A stretch of DNA of 64,000 nt from Candidatus Dojkabacteria bacterium (lineage in GTDB: Bacteria; Patescibacteriota; Dojkabacteria; B142; WJKM01). A program made the position numbers and the translations under genes. The DNA lies in NCBI GenBank assembly GCA_014729085.1, contig WJKM01000008.1:163-64162 (forward strand), given 5' to 3'. The notes under the pieces were generated by a model. That model searched no databases. It was not told the DNA's origin and saw only the letters and a program-made list of their open reading frames with translations. Shown one piece after another: positions 58,826 to 64,000 of this stretch (within the stretch, counting starts at the first letter, position 1; every line of letters starts with the position of its first letter).

Positions 58826-59872
58826 ATGAAGGATCTAAATATAAACTTTACTTCTGAGAAGATCCGATCTGTTCAGTCTGTATATATTGCTTGTAAGTTG
58901 TTAATGGAAAGAAAATACTATACATATGGTTTTATTCCTGCGACAGACCATTTCTTTCAAAATCAAAAAACGATTGTTTTTCCGGATATTGAATACAGTT
59001 TATACAATAATTTTTGGGAAGCAATAAGGGAAATAAATTTGAAAAAACTTCCTGTAGATGGAAAACTGATTAAATTTTTAAGTGAATCCATAGATCATTA
59101 TTACAAGAAAAGTGAACTTGAAGAAAAAAGACTTGATCTTATTGAATTTTGGAATTCCATTGAAAATGAATTTATTGAATTCCTCAATAATAATTTTCCT
59201 GGATTAAAAGATAAAGAGATAAACCTGGATTTGGGTATTAAGTTATTTGGAGCTCCAATTGACTTTGAAAAGCCTTCCTGTTTTGCACAAAATAAATGTA
59301 AGGGGTATGCAGGAATTCGTTTTGATATGCCTGTTGAAAAAATAATTTTGTCAGTATTTTCCTTATTATTCTCAGATTATTTAAAAGAGAAACAAATCTA
59401 TAGATGGAGAGAACAAAAATCTATACTTGATTTTCTAACAAATACATTTATAGAGGTACTTGGTCTAGACTGCTCAAAGATATTAGGGACAATTGAGTCT
59501 TTAGAACAACTAAAGGTGGAAAAAAAATTAATTAGTAATTCCAGGGAATTCATAAATAAAAATAAAATACCAATTCAGCATATATTCTCTAAAGAGAAAG
59601 GAAAGATTATGCTTTTTGGGGCTTGTTTAAATGATGGTACTTACACTAAAGATGAAATTTCTATTTTAGATGAATTTTTAGAAAAAGATAATAATATATT
59701 AACTTATGATGAAATTGCAGATATAGTATGGGCAGAAAAAGCTACTGAGAGGTTTTCTTTATCTACTATTAGTAAACGTATAGAAAGGCTTAGAAACAAG
59801 CTCTTCGAAGATGGTTTACCAAAATCAGAAATTATTGCAGTCAGAGGAATAGGTTATTATTTGAAAAATTAG
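58826..59872 (+). CDS. Putative regulator with C-terminal OmpR-type winged helix
   Basis: TYDEIADIVW...ISKRIERLRNKL...IIAVRGIGY; no receiver domain. Confidence 0.75.
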   Translation: MKDLNINFTSEKIRSVQSVYIACKLLMERKYYTYGFIPATDHFFQNQKTIVFPDIEYSLYNNFWEAIREINLKKLPVDGKLIKFLSESIDHYYKKSELEEKRLDLIEFWNSIENEFIEFLNNNFPGLKDKEINLDLGIKLFGAPIDFEKPSCFAQNKCKGYAGIRFDMPVEKIILSVFSLLFSDYLKEKQIYRWREQKSILDFLTNTFIEVLGLDCSKILGTIESLEQLKVEKKLISNSREFINKNKIPIQHIFSKEKGKIMLFGACLNDGTYTKDEISILDEFLEKDNNILTYDEIADIVWAEKATERFSLSTISKRIERLRNKLFEDGLPKSEIIAVRGIGYYLKN

Positions 59873-59884
59873 TTAAGGTAAAAC

Positions 59885-60364
59885 TTAGGGTTCAGATTCG
59901 ATAATCCCTGGATTGCATTTTTCGGAAGAACCGCAATTTACAAATCTTATGTAATTCCCTGCGTCCAACTCTGACTGAAGAAAATCTGCGTAGCTTTGAG
60001 CCTGTGGATTAAAAGTATTATCCTCTGAATTGTATGGATCCCACATCTCCTGAAGTGGAACTCCTTCCTCAGAAAAATGGCCTAGAGTAATATTAGGGTC
60101 ATTTGTAATGCAAAGAGCGACATTGTCTCTAAGATCAATTGGACCGATATTTGCATCTCTTATAGGATCTGTAGCTATTTTTCCTTCATAACAAGTTACT
60201 CCTTCAGTCTCGAAAATTACATCTCCGGGAGCGCTTGATCCATTAACTGGATCTTGAGTTCCATCCGTACTGTCTTCGGGATTTGCTGAGGCACATGCAC
60301 CAAGTAAAGAAGACAAAAATAGTATTAATCCCATTTCTTTCCATGGCAATCTTTCTTGTTCCAT
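59885..60364 (-). CDS. Acidic putative lipoprotein (MEQE leader)
   Basis: MEQERLPW..., LLGA-C lipobox. Confidence 0.7.
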   Translation of the reverse strand: MEQERLPWKEMGLILFLSSLLGACASANPEDSTDGTQDPVNGSSAPGDVIFETEGVTCYEGKIATDPIRDANIGPIDLRDNVALCITNDPNITLGHFSEEGVPLQEMWDPYNSEDNTFNPQAQSYADFLQSELDAGNYIRFVNCGSSEKCNPGIIESEP

Positions 60365-60481
60365 ATTTTGAAATTAAAATTTAATATAAATATTATATAG
60401 GTTGTTTGTGTTTTTTTATTGACAATTAATCGACAGGAGTAATAAGATCAAAATTATTATTTCAATTGAAAATTTTAATAG

Positions 60482-60517
60482 TTAGCACTTGACTAAAGTG
60501 ACTGCTAATGATATATT
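60482..60517 (+). promoter_or_regulatory. CIRCE operator overlapping the dnaK promoter
   Basis: TTAGCACTT-N9-GACTGCTAA; TTGACT-17-TATATT. Confidence 0.92.
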
Positions 60518-60568
60518 TATTTTGCCTCAAAGACAATTTTTATAGTTAAATTATTATTATTAAGATTA

Positions 60569-62530
60569 ATGGCAAAAATAATCGGAATTGACCTTGGAAC
60601 CACAAATTCATGCATGGCTGCAGTTGAAGGTGGCTCTCCAAATGTTATTTCAAACAAAGAAGGTGGTAGGTTAACTCCTTCTGTAGTAGCACTTACAGCA
60701 GATGAAAAAGACGAAGTAGTTGTTGGTATTACTGCAAAAAATCAAATGGTTACAAACCCTGAACAGACTTTTTATTCAATAAAACGACTAATCGGGAGAA
60801 GATGGGATGATCCTGAAGTTAAAAAAGATAAGGATCTTCTACCATTTGAAATGCGTAAAAGCGATAAAGGCGGTCTTGAGATTCAATATGGAGATGAATG
60901 GGTTACACCAGAAGCAGTTTCTGCAAGAGTTTTAGCTAAACTAAAAGCTGATGCAGAGGCTTATTTCGGAGAAACAATAAATGAAGCAGTAATTACAGTA
61001 CCTGCATATTTTGACGACTCACAAAGACAAGCTACCAAAAATGCAGGAAAGATTGCTGGCTTTGATGTAAAGAGAATTATAAATGAACCAACTGCTGCTG
61101 CTATTGCATATGGTTTGAATGAATCAGAAGATAAGACTATATTAGTTTACGACCTTGGGGGAGGAACTTTTGACGTTTCTATTCTTGAGGTTGGTGAAGG
61201 TGTAGTTGAAGTATTATCTACGAACGGAGATACGCATTTAGGTGGAGACGATTTTGATCAAGAAATAATAAACATGCTTGTCAAGGATTTTAAAAATGAA
61301 CAAGGAATTGATCTTAAAGATGATGCTGCTGCTTTACAGAGATTAAAGGAAGCTGCTGAGGCTGCGAAGATAACATTGTCTTCTAGTGAGAAAACAGAAA
61401 TTAATCTTCCGTATATAACCGCAGATGCAAAAGGACCTAAACATCTAAAGAAAACTTTAACAAGGTCGGATCTTGAGAAACTAGTTGACGACTTGATACA
61501 GGAAACCTTGGAGCCTATTAAAAAAGCCATGAAAGATGCAAAGGTAGAGAATGATGATTTGGATGATATTGTGCTTGTTGGTGGTATGACCCGTATGCCA
61601 GCAATTAAGAGATTAGTAGAGGATTATTTTGGGAAAAAACCACATGAAGGGGTAAATCCAGATGAGGTTGTCGCAGTTGGTGCGGCAATTCAAGCTGCTG
61701 TTCTAGCAGGAGATAGTTCAGTAAAAGACATTACATTACTTGATGTTACACCGCTTACACTTGGAATTGAGACCATGGGAGGAGTTAGAACACCATTGAT
61801 TCCAAGAAATACAACTATTCCAACCGAGAAAACGCAAGTATTTTCTACTGCTGCTGATAATCAGCCAGCTGTTGAGGTGCATGTACTTCAAGGAGAAAGA
61901 GAAATGGCAGCAGACAATAAAACACTTGGTAAATTCATTTTAGATGGAATTCCACCGGCACCAAGAGGTGTTCCTCAAATTGAGGTTACTTATAAAATTG
62001 ATGCAAATGGTATTTTGAATGTTTCTGCAAAAGATAAGGCAACAGGCAAAGAGCAGAATATAACTATTAAAGCTTCTACGCAAATGGAGGAAGATGAGAT
62101 AGACAAAATGGTAGAAGAAGCATCAAAGCATGCAGCAGAAGACAAGAAAAAGAAAGAAAAGGCTGAGATAAAAAACAATGCTGATACATTGGTATTCCAG
62201 ACCAAAAAACTAATTGAAGATATGGGAGATAAAATTGACAAAAAAGACAAAAAGGAATTAGAAAAAGATTCCGAGGCCCTTCAAAAGTTAATTGCAGAAG
62301 AAGATTTTGATAAGGATGAGGTAAAGAAAAAGACAGAGGAGTTAACAAAGAAACTACAGGACAAAGGAGCTAAGATGTATGAAAAAGTAGCTAAAGAAGA
62401 AGCTGCAAAAAAGTCCAAAGAGGAAAAAAAAGAAAAAAAAGACAAGAAGAAAAAAGATAAAAAGAAGGCTAATGATAAAAAAGATGATGACGACGCAGAA
62501 GAAGGCGAAGTAGTTGATGAAGATAAATAA
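60569..62530 (+). CDS. dnaK: Chaperone DnaK
   Basis: [36 protein letters not shown]. Confidence 0.98.
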   Translation: MAKIIGIDLGTTNSCMAAVEGGSPNVISNKEGGRLTPSVVALTADEKDEVVVGITAKNQMVTNPEQTFYSIKRLIGRRWDDPEVKKDKDLLPFEMRKSDKGGLEIQYGDEWVTPEAVSARVLAKLKADAEAYFGETINEAVITVPAYFDDSQRQATKNAGKIAGFDVKRIINEPTAAAIAYGLNESEDKTILVYDLGGGTFDVSILEVGEGVVEVLSTNGDTHLGGDDFDQEIINMLVKDFKNEQGIDLKDDAAALQRLKEAAEAAKITLSSSEKTEINLPYITADAKGPKHLKKTLTRSDLEKLVDDLIQETLEPIKKAMKDAKVENDDLDDIVLVGGMTRMPAIKRLVEDYFGKKPHEGVNPDEVVAVGAAIQAAVLAGDSSVKDITLLDVTPLTLGIETMGGVRTPLIPRNTTIPTEKTQVFSTAADNQPAVEVHVLQGEREMAADNKTLGKFILDGIPPAPRGVPQIEVTYKIDANGILNVSAKDKATGKEQNITIKASTQMEEDEIDKMVEEASKHAAEDKKKKEKAEIKNNADTLVFQTKKLIEDMGDKIDKKDKKELEKDSEALQKLIAEEDFDKDEVKKKTEELTKKLQDKGAKMYEKVAKEEAAKKSKEEKKEKKDKKKKDKKKANDKKDDDDAEEGEVVDEDK

Positions 62531-62556
62531 GTAGTGTAAAAAGAGTAGTTATTGAT

Positions 62557-62596
62557 AAGCTGGAGCAATCTTGAAGATTGCTCCAGCTTTTGTTTT
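62557..62596 (+). terminator. Intrinsic terminator of dnaK
   Basis: aagctggagcaatct..agattgctccagctt long stem followed by tttgtttt. Confidence 0.9.
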
Positions 62597-62705
62597 CAGA
62601 GGAAAAAATTAGTTTGCAGTTGGATGTCTAAATGTAAATTATGTAATTAAAAAATTATTATAAGTTATGATATAATTGTAAAGTTATTTATTAAATTAAT
62701 CAAAT

Positions 62706-62969
62706 ATGGAGCAAGACATAAGAGAATTGGATCTTCGAATGAATAGTGCTGAAGGAGGCGGGTTAGTTGCTACTTCCGTTAAACCGCCTTATTGTGCTCT
62801 AGCATGTAGCAATCCTGATGCAGAGGCAGTTATAGACTGTCCGACACTATCTATTAATTGTCTCGATTGCACCCGTCTTTCAAATTTAAGAGGTGATCGT
62901 TCTGATGAAAAACTATTTGAGATTATGGATGCAATTAGACAAGATGGTTATGCATATACTTCACCATAA
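62706..62969 (+). CDS. Small Cys-containing hypothetical protein (MEQ start)
   Basis: ORF preceded by TGATATAAT extended -10; five Cys. Confidence 0.6.
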   Translation: MEQDIRELDLRMNSAEGGGLVATSVKPPYCALACSNPDAEAVIDCPTLSINCLDCTRLSNLRGDRSDEKLFEIMDAIRQDGYAYTSP

Positions 62970-63324
62970 TAAATTTATAGCTCATATCATTCTTTTCATT
63001 TTTATAGAATTGTAAATTATGATCTACTTTCAATCAAATACTTGGAATATAGAAACTTTACAATGCGTCAGTTGCTATTTTGATTTATTACGGAGGATTG
63101 TCTTTGTCAACATTGTGGGGATGGTGGTGACTTTGGAAGAGTGAGAGAACAGTTGAAGAGTACAGATGAGAGATTGGTAATTTGTGCAACAAAGGGGAAA
63201 CGGTGTGAGGAAGTATGTGTTTTCGGCTTGGACTAAGTCAACTAACATCTGCAGGTTTAACTACAATTATGCCTGAGTTTGTATAGTATTATAACCTGAA
63301 ATTAATTGTACGAATAAAAGATAT

Positions 63325-63999
63325 TTAATTCTCCCTCATCTCAATATAATATTCAAATGAATCAATATCCCACGCAACTCTTTCTATTACATCGGTTAAT
63401 TTAAAATGAAATCCAAATGCATCTGCCTCCTGGGTACTATTGTTGGAGCAGTCTACCTGCAGGTGAATTCTTTGAGACTGTCCATCTTTTGCTACATTGA
63501 GTTCAATAAATTTCATTTTTTCGGACGTTGTACAGTGGATTCCAAAATTATGAGATGTCATACTTATACCCTCTTCCAAAATAGTATGGGAATCATTTCT
63601 TTTCATCATAAAATTATATACAGCTTTTGGTTTTTCAGGTTCTGGATCTAGAGGAGTATAACTGTTGTGAATGATTTGAATAATATGGGCTACTTCTCCC
63701 CTGTTGGTTATGTGTTTTACATTGGCTTCGGTAATAGTTGGAGGGCGAGCATTAAATAAATCCATACGGTTTAAGTATTCCATAAGTTCGGCATTTTTAT
63801 CTATATTATGATTTTCATCAAGTGTGCGCATTGCTATCTTCAAAGCTTCTCCGTATGTAATGTTATTTTCTGGTTTGAAAGTTCCATCTGTAAAGCCTTT
63901 AATTATGTCTTCTTCTTTTGCTACACAAATATATGTGGAAAATGGGTGGCCGTCATAATCCCAGTTTTGACATTCTTCTCGTTCCTGGAGTCCTGCTGT
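63325..63999 (-). CDS. 3' part of an S-layer homology (SLH) domain protein (truncated by window end)
   Basis: Frame stays open to the window end: ...GHPFSTYICVAKEEDIIKGFTDGTFKPENNITYGEALKIA, a typical SLH pattern. Confidence 0.8.
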   Translation of the reverse strand, partial: TAGLQEREECQNWDYDGHPFSTYICVAKEEDIIKGFTDGTFKPENNITYGEALKIAMRTLDENHNIDKNAELMEYLNRMDLFNARPPTITEANVKHITNRGEVAHIIQIIHNSYTPLDPEPEKPKAVYNFMMKRNDSHTILEEGISMTSHNFGIHCTTSEKMKFIELNVAKDGQSQRIHLQVDCSNNSTQEADAFGFHFKLTDVIERVAWDIDSFEYYIEMREN

Positions 64000-64000
64000 G

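Noticed and set aside
195-63651. Numerous short antisense or overlapping ORFs in the track (e.g. 195..380, 12271..12576, 15120..15587, 40045..40455, 61258..61530)
   Set aside because: They are shadows of well-supported genes on another strand or frame and have no motifs
1-64000. Alternative genetic code (TGA as Gly, code 25)
   Set aside because: Conserved genes are full length under code 11 and several ORFs end naturally at TGA (6215, 40896, 43289)
1-64000. CRISPR array, diversity-generating retroelement, prophage or IS element
   Set aside because: No regularly spaced repeats, cas, reverse transcriptase, integrase, transposase or phage structural genes seen; the exact repeats found are intragenic coding repeats

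Overview
AT-rich bacterial chromosomal segment using standard code 11 (TGA serves as a stop). Gene content suggests a Patescibacteria/CPR organism, probably of the Dojkabacteria/Microgenomates group; this is inference, not a search result. Housekeeping genes: tgt, rsmA, murT/gatD, dnaE, lemA with DUF2207, a GalU-like gene, ftsW, a UvrD-nuclease fusion, uvrC, tRNA-Thr(CGT), and hrcA-grpE and dnaK, each with a variant CIRCE. Three accessory themes stand out. (1) Eight complete genes encode an N-terminal membrane anchor plus paired EF-hand/dockerin-like modules with interchangeable payloads; a ninth, truncated gene shares the N-terminus. (2) A dispersed set of genes starts ME(Q/D) and encodes acidic-leader lipoproteins or signal-less Ca-binding repeat proteins. 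Several sit beside TrmB or wHTH regulators and carry motifs reminiscent of Chloroflexota surface proteins. (3) A LysW-like carrier ending EEEK lies beside a ThrC-like PLP enzyme, an ATP-grasp ligase and a cytoplasmic NlpC/P60-like protein, a possible unknown carrier-protein pathway. No CRISPR array, rRNA, integrase or transposase was seen.
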